This document shows positions 22,398-34,376 of a stretch of 64,000 nt of DNA, piece by piece. Position 1 is the first letter of the stretch. The number at the start of each line of letters is the position of its first letter. The stretch spans positions 7,213,694 to 7,277,693 of the forward strand of contig MU063673.1 of assembly GCA_013265495.1 (NCBI GenBank), in the 5' to 3' direction. Both the position numbers and the translations under genes were made by a program. The notes beneath the pieces are model-generated. The model was not told the DNA's origin and searched no databases. It saw nothing but the letters and a program-made list of their open reading frames with translations. Source of the DNA: Vicugna vicugna. Taxonomy: Eukaryota.

Positions 22398-25300
22398 GCG
22401 GGATTCAATGAATTCTAGAGCCTTCCTCTGCCGCCTTACTGGACACATCACCATTAAAGCATTTCTTGTTTTTTGCCAGAATTTTCCAAAGTGTGTTACG
22501 GTGAATACAAGTCCTGCAAGCTCTTCCACTATTGTAAAGATTTCTCTAATCGGACGAATACCCGTATCACCCTTTTGGGAGTTCATAAGGTACTTAGCTT
22601 TTAAAGACCGAGTCTTCATTTTCACTTTGATTAATCCAGAATTTCCCCAATTTACCTGACCATCAGAAGCTTTTTAACACTTATTTATATCCACATTGTT
22701 AACAACCACAAATTGCTTTGCTTACCTGCTGTGTGCCAGGCTCTAGGCTGGGCTTTAGGTTCCAGGGATGAACCCAACTGTTTAAACTACTTCTGGTAAT
22801 TTAAACAAGTTTAACAAACCGGTAAACTCTATCCATCCCTATGACACTTGAAACATCCTGTATTTTTAGCTCTCCTCGTAGGCGGTATTTTTATCTTAAC
22901 CAACAAGAAGTTAAGTTCCCAAAGGGCATGTATATGTCTTTACAGACCCATTTTCTGTAGCATTTCCCCCCAGGGAGCTCATACTCCAGCTGATGAGACA
23001 TGCACACATTCATATGAAAAAAGACCCTCTGGGAAGGCAGGTAGGGGATTTCTGTTATGTAGCTCGACTTTAACCCAGAGTATATTGCTCAAGTTTCCTC
23101 CTCCCTCACTGCCATGGCCACTTCCTCCCCACCACCGTTTCCCTCTCCTTCTGACCTTAAAGTCTGAGGTCTTGATGGTGATATTTCTTTGATGTATAAA
23201 ATATCGTAGTGGTACCGTTGGAGCTTTGGGGTCATCACGGTATCAAGTAGTAATATTGTTAGGGTATTAATTACACCCCTATTTTCCAAAAGGGAATTTG
23301 TCACAGTTCCACACACACTACATTCAGGTCCAGCTGCAAATGACCGCCACCGCTGTTCTTCTTGCAAAGTATTTCTTGCAACTTTCCAGTGTCCCATCAT
23401 CATCGGGGACACAATTATGCAAATATTGCCTCTGGTTTTATAAGAAATCAAGCAATTTTACAGCTTTAAAAAAAAATTTAAAGCAAAAGTAGATGAAAAC
23501 TTTTAAGCAACATATATTTTAATTATAAAATTAGCAAGCATAGCAGCCCCTTTCAACTCAAATCAATGGAATTTCAAAGAGCTACATATTTATTTTTTAA
23601 TCCAAGTAGGAAAAATCCGAAGCACTTAATATATGTTATAAGTTATAATAAATACATCACCAGAAGAAAAACCCACCAACTCTTTTTATATAGTATTGAA
23701 TATTCTCTACAACCCACCATCTTGTAACAATTAACTAAGTTTAGCCATAAGAAACAAAAATAGTTAACTCCAGAACTTAAAACGATCCCCATAACACAGA
23801 CAGCTCTAAATGAAACCGCCATACACCTAGGGAGACAGCTTTCTCATGCCACGCCCTTCTTGGCAGTAATGGGGAAGGTTGGATCCGAGAGGAAATCTTT
23901 TGTTTTATTTTGTCCTGTTAATATATTAAGTCTAAGTTCAGTTACCAGCTGTCGGTTTTCAGTTATATAACCATGTGCCACAGGGATACCTTCGCTTCTT
24001 CTGATTTACAGTCAGTGTCACTAAGACTCTATTCTTAGGGGGCATAATAGTGGTCAGCCCTAGTGTAAATTTAAAGTCCTGGATATCACACATCGAAGGA
24101 CTGAGTCCTAGAGGGGAAGGGACTGGGAGGCGGGGGGACTGGGTGATGAATCAGCCAAGAGAACTGGAGAGAGTCGGATCCCTTCTGTGCTTAGAATTTA
24201 TCAGCAGTTAGTAATGTGCACATGGGAGATGCAGAAAGAAGGATATTCAGTGGTCCCCTAGTGGTATCACAGGATTTTGAACTAAAAAGAGACAAGCAGT
24301 TGCTTCCTGGACCCAACAAGATTGCTGCAGGTCTCAGGGAAGGAGCGCATTGGTCCTCAAGACTGCGTCGCTCGGTGGTAAGCAGTTCTTAAGTACCTAC
24401 TAAATCCCGGACACAGAGCCACAGGGGAGACAGCGTCTGCCTGCTTGTTGGGGAAGGTTTCACTGAAGATCAGTAATATCAGCTTGAAGAGTCTAAAGCT
24501 GGTAAATCACCTGGACCACCCAAACAAGACAGAAACAGGGCAAAGGCAAGATGGATCAGTCAAGTCTCTTTCCATGAAAAGAAACAGAACCCCAATTTTT
24601 AGAAACTAACGGGAGGATACTGAGGTGTCCTGAGACTCCGAGGAAGGCTGGCAGGAGCCAGGGAGCCCAGCACCGCCCAGACACCCACAGGTTTCCATCA
24701 TTCATCTCTGCTTGCCCTTGTTTCCTTCCTTCTTTCCAGTGGCAGGTATGTTCTCCACAGATATGGCCAATCACAGCTTGGCTCCTCCCAGCTCCAGCAA
24801 AGTCCCACCCAGTCATCCCTAATCACACAAACAGCAGATCCCTGGTGCCCAAACACACAAGTTAACTGTGCCTCCCTCACGGTGCTTTTAGGTTCAATCA
24901 GACAAGTGTTCATCCCTTCGGTGAAGGTACCTTGATTTCTGATAGGCAGCTTGTCCTTCTTAGAGAAATAAAGGCATGTATAACATACCGTGACTAGAAT
25001 CATGTAAATAAAATTGTGTGCAAACGAAAGACTGCAGGGAAAGGCACTTCAATTCTAAGTGACATCTGAGAGATGGATTTATAAAGGATTTTCCTGGTGT
25101 CTTTTCTCCAAATGTCTTGTAATATAATTATCTTAATAACGAAAAAATTTCATTTGTATATTTTTAAATTACATAAAAATTTGGAAATGCCTAAAGGGTG
25201 TCTAATTCTGAGAAGTGACAAATGTAATCTATATTTTGACGATTAAACATAGCAATTTTTTTACAAAACTTTTCCCCTTTTAAAAACATAAAAGATGTAT

Positions 25301-25540
25301 CTTTTCCTATGTATAAAAAATAGAAAATTATTATTAATTTTGAATGCTTTAGGACCTTGAGAATTTAAGGAAAATCAAGTTAATATTTTCATGATCTAAT
25401 CTCAGTGATCAACAAAGGGGTATAACTTAATAACTAAAAGAAAAATACTTGCATGTGTGAAATAATCACCATCACCATATACAAACATAAATCAGGGGTC
25501 AAAATGCTGTTGCAAGATCCTTTAAAAAATGTTCATTAGT

Positions 25541-25869
25541 CAAGTATTATTCTGCCTTNNNNNNNNNNNNNNNNNNNNNNNNNNNNNNNNNNNNNNNNNN
25601 NNNNNNNNNNNNNNNNNNNNNNNNNNNNNNNNNNNNNNNNNNNNNNNNNNNNNNNNNNNNNNNNNNNNNNNNNNNNNNNNNNNNNNNNNNNNNNNNNNNN
25701 NNNNNNNNNNNNNNNNNNNNNNNNNNNNNCTGGCAGGAGGGGGAACGGGGAGTTACTGTTGCAGAGTTTCAGTTTTGCAAGATGAAGTGTTTCGGAGATG
25801 CCTGGTGGTGATGATCACACAAGGCAAATGTACTCAATACCCCACTGAACTATATACTTAAAAATGGTT
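25541..25869 (+). mobile_element. L1MB 3' end spanning an assembly gap
   Basis: GTATTATTCTGCCTT[N]...GGGGAGTTACTGTT...GTTTCAGTTTTGCAAGATGAAG...CACTGAACTATATACTTAAAAATGGTT. Confidence 0.8.
25559..25729. other. Assembly gap (171 N)
   Basis: Run of N. Confidence 1.
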
Positions 25870-26379
25870 GGGGGGGGGGAATAAAGTTTCCCTTAGAAAA
25901 ACTGTTATTGATTAACTCTGAGAAAGGCAGTAATACCGCCAAAAGAGATTTTAAAAATGAAATTTACAATGTTAATAATATTCATGATCATTGTCGATAA
26001 ACCTGTACACAATTTTCCAGAGACAACTGTTATCAGTTAGAAAAGCTAAAATACACAGATAATCAGGCCTTTTCCTGACTCCTTCCAGCAGATGGAGAAG
26101 CAACCGTAAGAGATAAGCCTTTATTAAAATAGACTTGTTTACCTTCCCATATCTTGCAAGGGCCACAACCTGGAATTTCATTTCCATAACTGAGACCCGC
26201 CCCCCACCATGCCCTGTTAAGTACCTGTTGTGAGATGACAAAATCTATAAAAAATAAAAATCTTAGTCTTTGAATGTTTACAACAAATTCAGCTTGTTGG
26301 ACTATGTCTGTAATCCATCTAAGATCTAAGATCATCTAAGCAATCATGATAAGAATAAACGATGGTCAAGAGTTAGCAA

Positions 26380-26750
26380 GTCCTGGGGACAGAATCTAGA
26401 TTCAAGTACAGGAAGGTCCTTTCGGAGAAGACAAGACCCGAGTTGGCTCTGGAGGAGGACGAGAAAGCAGGCCAGCAGATGACAGTGAGGGACCACGTGC
26501 CACAAGTTAAAAATAAATGACAGAGGAGCCCACGCAAAGACAGGCCAGACAGGGACGAATGTGGAGAATGGCAACACGACCAGCCAAAATAAGGTCAAGG
26601 ACAAACAAGCATCAAGGCAGGAGGAAGTGAGAGCAGGAATGGTGTGAGTCTACGCGCACAGGCCCAGTTCAGAATGTGAGAGAGGGCGGTGGTGGGGCGG
26701 CACACGGCTGGTAGAGGCAGACGGAGCAGTGGTTGCAAAGCCGGTGAATG
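26380..26750 (-). mobile_element. L2 fragments
   Basis: GGAAGGTCCTTTCGGAGAAG...GAGTTGGCTCTGGAGG...GGCTGGTAGAGGCAG. Confidence 0.55.
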
Positions 26751-27603
26751 AAAAGCAAACGAAAGACACACAGACACTCAAAGACCTTTAGAAATGAGGA
26801 TTTCCCATCCTTGAGTGCAAGCTACTCACAGATGCATCTCAGCAGAAGCGCAGGTGAACACAGTACCCCAGTCATCATGCATTTTCTTGACTTTGAAACT
26901 GCTCCCAACTGTTTTCAGGGGTTTAAACATGCATGACCCATTTCTGAAACCGGGGCAGGCCACTTGCACATTAAAATGCAGGATGCCCTGCCGCTGCCAC
27001 ATTCACCATCCCCGGGAACGTGCGATGGCTGATTGACAGAAGTGGGCTTTCGGCAGGAAATTCCCAGGACCGAGTAACCCACATTGGGGAACACCATGGG
27101 AGAAAAGATGGCAGCACTGTATTTTAGCTCCACAGGGAGCTTATTAATAGACCAATGTGTAGTCCAACAGCTCTAATTTGCAGTGGAATTTTTTTACTTC
27201 CTCTCCCCAAAACTGAACATCAGGTTAACTGTTTCCTGCAGAACACCTGTCCACAATTCTGAGACTACTGGTTTGAAGAGGTAAGTGAAGTTTTTCAGAA
27301 TAGGGTAGCCAGTTTAAAGAATATTAGTCTCATCTTTTAGCTAAATACTACATATAAGAGGTATCTAAACTCAAAGGAGGCAATATACTGGTGAGACTTT
27401 CTGCATAAACGCTAGTCTTAGTAACTACTGGAATAAAGGGGGGAAAGAGGAAATTAAGTTTGGGTGGATAGTAGGAGTTTAAAAAAGATACTAGTTTGGC
27501 TTTCAGGTTCTCAGTGGGACTAACTGCTTTGACTTAAAATGAGTAATTACAGAGATTGAAACAAGGTCATCTAAGCACTCAAATGGACATGATAAGAATA
27601 AAT

Positions 27604-27662
27604 GAGGGAAGAAAAGAAGGGAGAAGGAGGGAAGGAGGGAGAGAAGGAAGGAAGAAGGGGAA
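27604..27662 (+). repeat. 59-nt pure purine (GA-rich) tract
   Basis: GAGGGAAGAAAAGAAGGGAGAAGGAGGGAAGG...GGGGAA. Confidence 0.9.
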
Positions 27663-28349
27663 CAAATTAGACCCTTTCAAACGAAGTATCACAACTTACA
27701 TATTTAATATTCTTACTTAGACAACTGAAATTCTTACTTACTTCTTTAAGAAAGAAAACTTCTCGGGGTATACTATACAACAGTAGCTCAGGGACCACAC
27801 AAAATTTACTCATAGCCTGAAAAATCTTTGCATTAATTCTTGAAAAATAAAGATTGAATGTGGAAAAAGCAGTATCTGCAGAGGGGCAGGGAACCGGACA
27901 GCGAGAGAGAGCTACACAGACACCATTATTTACAAATTGGCAACCCAACAAAAGCTTAAAAATCCTGATGTTTATTCTTATGCTTTTGAACTTTCCATTG
28001 TAAATCTCAAAGTCTGACAGATAATTTATTCCCCCCAAAAAGGCATTTTCTTCCCCCTTGCACACTTGCGTGCATATGCTACAATTGTTCTGAAGCATTC
28101 TTTACTTGGACTCTGGAAAGGGGACCACCTGATCTACCCACGAGATTTTTTCAGTCTCAATTCATGGCAACCCTCGCACTTATTTTTCATAAAAACTCAA
28201 AGATAGGTTTCTGGGTTATGTAAGAATGAACTTCATCCTTTTGAACAAATTACACCAGGAGTTATAAAGCAGTAGGTAAATGAAAAACTGGGTTAAAAAA
28301 AAAAAACAAAAAACCAACCACCGACCAAATCCATAGCAGGCTCAGCTCT

Positions 28350-29260
28350 TTTTGAGAGCGAGATTAAGGTGCATGCAGTCAACTGGTATGAAGGTCGCCA
28401 AACAAAATGTTGCAATCTTAAAGCGCCATTGACATGCAGCCCATGTTCAGCAGCAGCTTTGAGTAAGCAGTGTGACTCACTTCACTCATTAGTCTCAGCC
28501 CAAATCATTCGCACGTGGACGTTATGGCAGTATGTTACCTTTGCAGTAAAATGTCTGAAAAGTTAGAATTTTTTTCTCTAAATTGAAATAAAAACACTTA
28601 ATATAACTTTTTAAAATTTGGCAAACCTCCCCCTCCCCATTCCCACCTTTTGTTAGAGGAAAAGTGACCTGAAAGCTCAAAATGCCGCAACTGATTTCTT
28701 CAAGCTAGGTAAGCACTTTGGCAAATCTGTCCATTAACTACTTCTTATCTGCCAGCGGACACTGTTGAAATGAACAAATTGGTTCAGTTGGAAATTTTCT
28801 GATTTTCACAGGAAAGAGCTGCAAGCCACAAGCCACCAATGCACCATGTGTACCTTTAGCTTTCTAAGTCAAAATCGGCAGGAAGTGGTCCTTGCGGGGG
28901 ACCTCCATTCATCTCTCACTTGCTGCTGACCTGCAGTTTTCCTGTTGGCAAAGACAGCTCCTTGCAAAGCAAACAGCTCCCCACTCTGCATGGAAATGCT
29001 CATCTTCTCAGTCCATACTGCAAGCACAAAACTCCCTGAGAGTCATTTAGGGAGTGAATCAGACTTACGGCCGATAAGCACAGAGCTGACCTTTAAACTC
29101 AAGCCTCTAATAGAACATGGGGATATTTCACTTGCTGTTTGCTCAACAGTTCCAGGGTCACGAGGGTCTGCGTTTACTGGCGGGGTTGGGGCGGGGGGGG
29201 GGCGGGCAACGAACCCAGGAACCTGGCTCCAGCTCCCACATTGCACCTGATAGAAGAGGG
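28350..29260. promoter_or_regulatory. Candidate promoter/enhancer region
   Basis: No recognisable repeat; contains AP-1 TGACTCA (28473), E-box CACGTG (28512), ETS CAGGAAGTG (28879), FOX GCAAACA (28969; 29136-29142 minus), GC boxes (29182-29206) and TTTAAA (29092). Motif content only, no functional data. Confidence 0.45.
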
Positions 29261-29615
29261 TCGTGGCTGGGCTTAAAGGCTCCAAACCCCAGTCTCAAGT
29301 GTACCCAGTATCACAGCTTAGAACACATTCTTTAGCATCTAGAGAGTTCACAGGAGTACACAGGTCTGCTGCCTGGCTCTTAGCTACCAGCTTTGGAAGA
29401 AATGAGAAAGAGTCTTGGGAGCCCAGGAATGGAAGCTGTTTTTTTCTTTGTTTTCACTTTGTCATAGTGCCAAACAGAGTGCCAAGGCCCCAGGCAAAAG
29501 GAGAACTCAGTGATACTTGTCCTGGCTTTATTAAAAATATATGTTACCATGGATTTTTTTGCATTTGCTTTTATTTTTTAAAATATTACATTAAAATAAT
29601 ATTTCTCTGACTTAC

Positions 29616-29696
29616 CAAGTTTGCTGGCGCCCAAAGCAAGCGCCTCACTAACCTCACCCTATTCCAGGCCCTGCTCTGTCCCGTTTCCATCTTAAT
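29616..29696 (-). other. Candidate 81-nt exon (phase 0 reads IKMETGQSRAWNRVRLVRRLLWAPANL, or UTR exon)
   Basis: Acceptor CTGCTTCCATTTTCAG| and donor TTG|GTAAGT are both strong; length is 3n; open only in phase 0. Confidence 0.4.
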
Positions 29697-29787
29697 CTGA
29701 AAATGGAAGCAGATCCAGGCAGAGTGGTTGGGATGCTTGCAGTTGAGACAAGAAAGGAATACGAGCCCAAAGCTCACAAGAAAAACC

Positions 29788-29910
29788 TTATTGAGCATCT
29801 TCCATGTGCTAGGTACTGTGCGAGGCATCTTATGTACATTCCTTTGGTCCTTACTTACAAGGAAAATACATTAACCTTCCCCTGAGGAAGTTGAGGCTCC
29901 AAGAAACATT
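29788..29910 (-). mobile_element. MIR fragment
   Basis: TTATTGAGCATCTTCCATGTGCTAGGTACTGTG...GAGGAAGTTGAGGCTC. Confidence 0.7.
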
Positions 29911-29970
29911 CTTTCCTCTGTTGTCCATCTCACAAACTGGCCTTGCAAGCTGTGTGGCACTTAAGATAGA

Positions 29971-30200
29971 GATAAATTAGGAGTTTGGGATTAACAGATA
30001 CATACTACTACATATAAAATAGATAAACAACAAGGACCTACTGTATAGCACAGGGAACTGTATACAGTTTCTTGTAATAACATATAATGGAAAAGAATCT
30101 AAAAAGATACGTATATGTGTATGTATAACTGAATTGCTTTGCTGTGCACCTGAAACTAACATTGTAAATCAACTACACTTCAATAAAAAAAAAAAAAAAG
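29971..30200 (+). mobile_element. Cetartiodactyl L1 (L1_Art-like) 3' end with poly(A)
   Basis: GATAAATTAGGAGTTTGGGATTAACAGATAC...CTACTGTATAGCACAGGGAACT...CACTTCAATAAAAAAAA. Confidence 0.9.
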
Positions 30201-30504
30201 AAAGAAAGTTGTCTGTGATTCCTCCTCTCCAACCCATTGAATCAACCACCATCACTTGTAACTCTTCATGGTCATGCCCGTAGTAAGAGGGGGAGGAAAG
30301 ATTAAAAGATGGTCTGTTTGACGACAATTTCCACACACTTTTTGCCGTATCTGCCACCTCTCCAAGGAAAGTCGGGGTCGCGACTTGTTGGTTTAATATC
30401 TCACTCCTAGATTGGCCAGTCCAGGACAAGGTTAAATTATTTCCAAGTGCTGGCTCTTTTACAAATTTATACAGTACCATTTAGTGTCATCTTGAACGTA
30501 AGCT

Positions 30505-31685
30505 CTATTATCTGGACCAGGAGTCTACTCTGAGCACCAGATTCCAGCTGCCTGATGTCTCCACTTGGATAGCTCATGCACGTCTCAAACTAACTTGTCC
30601 ACAACGAGAATCTTGGTCTTCCTTCCTCTCAAACCCTGCTTCCCTCTGGCTTCCTCCATCTCAGGCCCTGTCACTATCACCCACCTGGGACTCAAGCCAG
30701 AAATCCAGCCGTTCTCTTTGACACCTCCACCCACTTCCCCATCTAAACCACGACCAACACCTGTTCTTTTGAACGGTAAAACAGTAACAACAACTATGCT
30801 TATAAAAGTATCCACTACGTGCAAGGTACTCTTATGATATATAGAGAGCATTATTAACTCGTTCAATGTTCATAACAACTCTAATTTGCCCATAGCCATA
30901 CACAGCTAGTAAGAAGGGAGGTTAGTATTCTAACCTAGTTAGTCTGGCTCTAGAAAACACACTCTTAACCATTCCACCCTATCTCCAAAATAACCTCAAA
31001 TTCATTCACCTTATTGGTTTTCCACTGTCCTATCTTAGTCCAAGCCACCATCATAATCCACTCAGGCAACTCTAAAAGCTTTCTAAATGGTCACTTTGGT
31101 TCTATTTCTACCTCATTTCCACACATCAATCTTCATGAAGCTGCCAACATGATCTTTTTAAAGTTTATGTCCGATCATGTCATTTCCTCTGCTAAAACCC
31201 TTAAAACCATTCAGCTACGCTCTGAATGAAATTCCAACTCCTCAGTGTGGGCTACAACTTCCTATGTGGACTGGTCCCTGTCCACTTCCTACATTTCATT
31301 ACTTTTGACCTTTCTATCGCACTAGCCTTCGTGCCCTCCCTTGGACCTAGCAGATTCTTTCTTGCCTCCTGGCCTTTGCCAGCAATGCTTGCCTCCTGGG
31401 CTGGCTGGCTCTGTGTAATTCTCCATATATCCTAGAGTCCTTCCCTGACCCTCTCAGCCTAAAATAGGTCTCCCCATTATTCTCTCTAAGCACCCTCTTC
31501 TTTTCCTTCATAGCAACTTTTAAATTTTGTACCTCCACATTTATTTGAATTTTCACTTGCTTATTGCCTGTAAGCTCCATGAGGCATAGTCAAGGTCTGT
31601 TTTATCTACCACCTTACTTCCCACCCCGACCCCAGAGCCTGAAATACAGATGGTGCAATTAATTGCTCAGTGGATAAATTAATCC
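30505..31685 (+). mobile_element. L2a 3' portion split by an antisense MIR (about 30780-30985)
   Basis: CTCCACTTGGATAGCTCATGCACGTCTCAAACTAAC...GTCCAAGCCACCATCAT...TGTAAGCTCCATGAGG. Confidence 0.85.
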
Positions 31686-32344
31686 TGGGATAGCTCTTTT
31701 GAAGACTTCAACAAGCTGACTGAAGAAGGCATTTGAATAATGAACATCATTGATTTTAGTGAGATCCTTAAAAAGGAAAAATACATACGTATGTTATTAT
31801 ATGTTTTTATTTTCAGCATGTGAACAAAAATTACTAAACCAAATATTCAATATTCAATATTTGGAAAAGACATAGAAGGAAACAATAAAGGGAAATCTCT
31901 CAAGAATTATTTTTTAAATCTTACAGTATATATAGGTTTTTAAAAAATTTCTTGTGTTGTCATCATGACTATCAGTCTCAATAAGATGAGAATCAGACTG
32001 TCAACTGTTCTTATTTAATCCCAACACATAGTGGTGTTCCATGCAAATCTATTAATGATAAGCTATGGGCGATTTTAAGCACATATCTTTTGACCACTTA
32101 TTTCCCTTTATAACTTAGTTAGAGATTAATTTCCCCATTGGCACCAACTTCTTATCAGGAAACAGCTGGATCATCCACTGTACCATTTTCTTTGGTTTTC
32201 CTTTGTCATAGGTGTTTTAGGAATAAAGATAGATTCTTCATGTCTCTGTATATTAGGGAATTATTTGGCTTGAGACCAAAGTACCTGTTCTTTAAGATTC
32301 CAAGACTTCTAAAAAAAAGGAAATAAAATGCATCCAAAAATTAA

Positions 32345-33280
32345 ATTTGAAGCAGGAGAAAAATTTTGCAAATCATATATCTGATAAGGGACTTGTATCT
32401 AGAATATATAAAGAATTCAAAAATAAAAAGACAACACAGTTTAATAGTACACAGAATATGAGGCTATTTCTCCAAAATAGATATAAAAATAGCCAATAAA
32501 CACATGAGAAGATGCTCAAGATCACTGGCCATAAGGGAAACTGCAAACCAAAACGACATCAAGGTATCACTTCATATCTACTAGAACAGTAATAATCCAA
32601 AAAAAAAAAAAGAAAAGGAAAATGTTAATTGTCGGAGAGGACGTGAAGAATTGGAAACCTTATACACTGCTGAGGGGAGTATTAAATGGTGTAGCACTTT
32701 GGAAAACAATCTGGCAGTTCCTCAAAATGTTAAGTATAAAGTTACCATATAACAAAGCNNNNNNNNNNNNNNNNNNNNNNNNNNNNNNNNNNNNNNNNNN
32801 NNNNNNNNNNNNNNNNNNNNNNNNNNNNNNNNNNNNNNNNNNNNNNNNNNNNNNNNNNNNNNNNNNNNNNNNNNNNNNNNNNNNNNNNNNNNNNNNNNNN
32901 TATATCCATGTAACGGAATATTAGGCAGCAATAAAAAGCAATGAAGTAATAATACATACTACAACATGACTAAACCTTGAAAATGCTAAATGAAAAAAAA
33001 AAAAGCCAGCCATAGAAGACCACATATTGTATGATTCCTTACATATGAACTGTCCACAACAGGCAAATACTTAGAGACAGAATGAAGACTAGTGGTTGCG
33101 TAAGGCTGGGGGCAGAATGAGGCGTGAGTGGTAACCAGTACCAGGTTTCTTTTGGAGGTGATACAGATGATCTAAAGTTAGATAGTGATGGTTGCACAAC
33201 TCTAGGAAGAACTTTAGTGCACTTGAAATGAGCAAATTGCTTTGGTATGTGAATCATATCTCAATAAAGCTATTATAAAA
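32345..33280 (+). mobile_element. L1MB/MC 3' region spanning an assembly gap
   Basis: GCAAATCATATATCTGATAAGGGACTTGTATCTAGAATATATAAAG...TCTCAATAAAGC. Confidence 0.85.
32759..32900. other. Assembly gap (142 N)
   Basis: Run of N. Confidence 1.
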
Positions 33281-34139
33281 ATGATGGGATACAGTTTTTA
33301 CAACACTTTAAAACTGGACCTATGCTTGGCATTTACAAGGGTAGGTGGGGCTTAACTGAAGAGTATAATTTCCTTTTAAGCACAGAAGACGGGTTTTAGA
33401 TGAAACTTTCTTATAAGGAATTTACAGTCTCCCTCTCTTCTCATTAATTCCTATCTTTGTCCTTGCTTAGAGACAGACCTGAAATCACAGGGCCAGGTTT
33501 ATAGAACATTAGAATGGGACAAGATCAAGAGATAACGATTTTAGAATTAAGTAGCTAAGATCCAGAGAGAATAAATACCTTTTTCAAGATCACAAAGGTA
33601 ACAAGAATCAGAGCTTTCCAGACCAAAGCTTTATTTTTAGTTTTCAGCAGCACCCTACAGAATGGAGTCATGAATGGCATTTTCCAAAGTGGCCCCAGCC
33701 CAAAGTTCTCCACAACCAAGTCTCCTACATGGGAAAGGAGTTCCATTCATAGTCTGAGAACACGGATGAAGTTCACACAGCACTGCCTACTTCATTCCTT
33801 CAACAAGCATGGACTGAGTGTTTGGCCACGTGCTAGGCACTATGGGAATAAATATGTCCTTTTTTTTTTTAAAAGACAGCAGAAACTACGAAGTCTGTTT
33901 TTGGGTCTCTAACATCAAGAGTTAGGTCTTCACGGACGTTGAGCACCTGGGCTGATCACCTCCATTCCTCAGGTGCTAAGTAGAGATGGAAGGCCAATGT
34001 GATGCTGAATTTGACTTTGAATCCTTTCTTCAACCTACTCAGCAAAACTCTTCTGTTCTTACCTGTCCTTCTTTATTAAACATTTGCTTTTTTTTCAAGT
34101 GAGCAAAGGGCACACTAAATTTTTACTGTTATTTTTTAT

Positions 34140-34376
34140 TATTTTTGTTTTTTATCGAAATATAGTTGATGTACAATGTTGTTTTAGTTTCTGGTGTACA
34201 GAGTAGTGATTTAGTTATAAATATATATGCATATTCTTTTTCATTATAGGTTATTACAAGATACTGAATATAGTTCCCTGTGCTCTACAGTAGGACACTG
34301 TTGTTTATTTATTTTATATACAGTAGTTAATATCGGCAACCCTCAAATTCCTAATTTATCCTTCCCCCCACCCCTC
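34140..34376 (-). mobile_element. Cetartiodactyl L1 3' end
   Basis: TATAGTTGATGTACAATGTTG...TATAGGTTATTACAAGATACTGAATATAGTTCCCTGTGCT. Confidence 0.88.

Noticed and set aside
22371-22625. 84-aa minus-strand ORF that superficially looks protein-like (possible processed pseudogene)
   Set aside because: Overlaps the MLT1D end and an L2 remnant; no recognised homologue, poly(A) or TSD
25529-25861. ORFs spanning N runs (also 32622-32957 and 52344-53070, including the 180-aa one)
   Set aside because: Open only because of assembly gaps; the flanks are mostly L1/L2 or non-coding sequence
28539-28554. 16-nt minus-strand microexon TTTTCAG|ACATTTTACTGCAAAG|GTAACA
   Set aside because: The branch-point-like CTAAC is only a few nt from the AG, the upstream tract is purine-rich, and the length is not 3n
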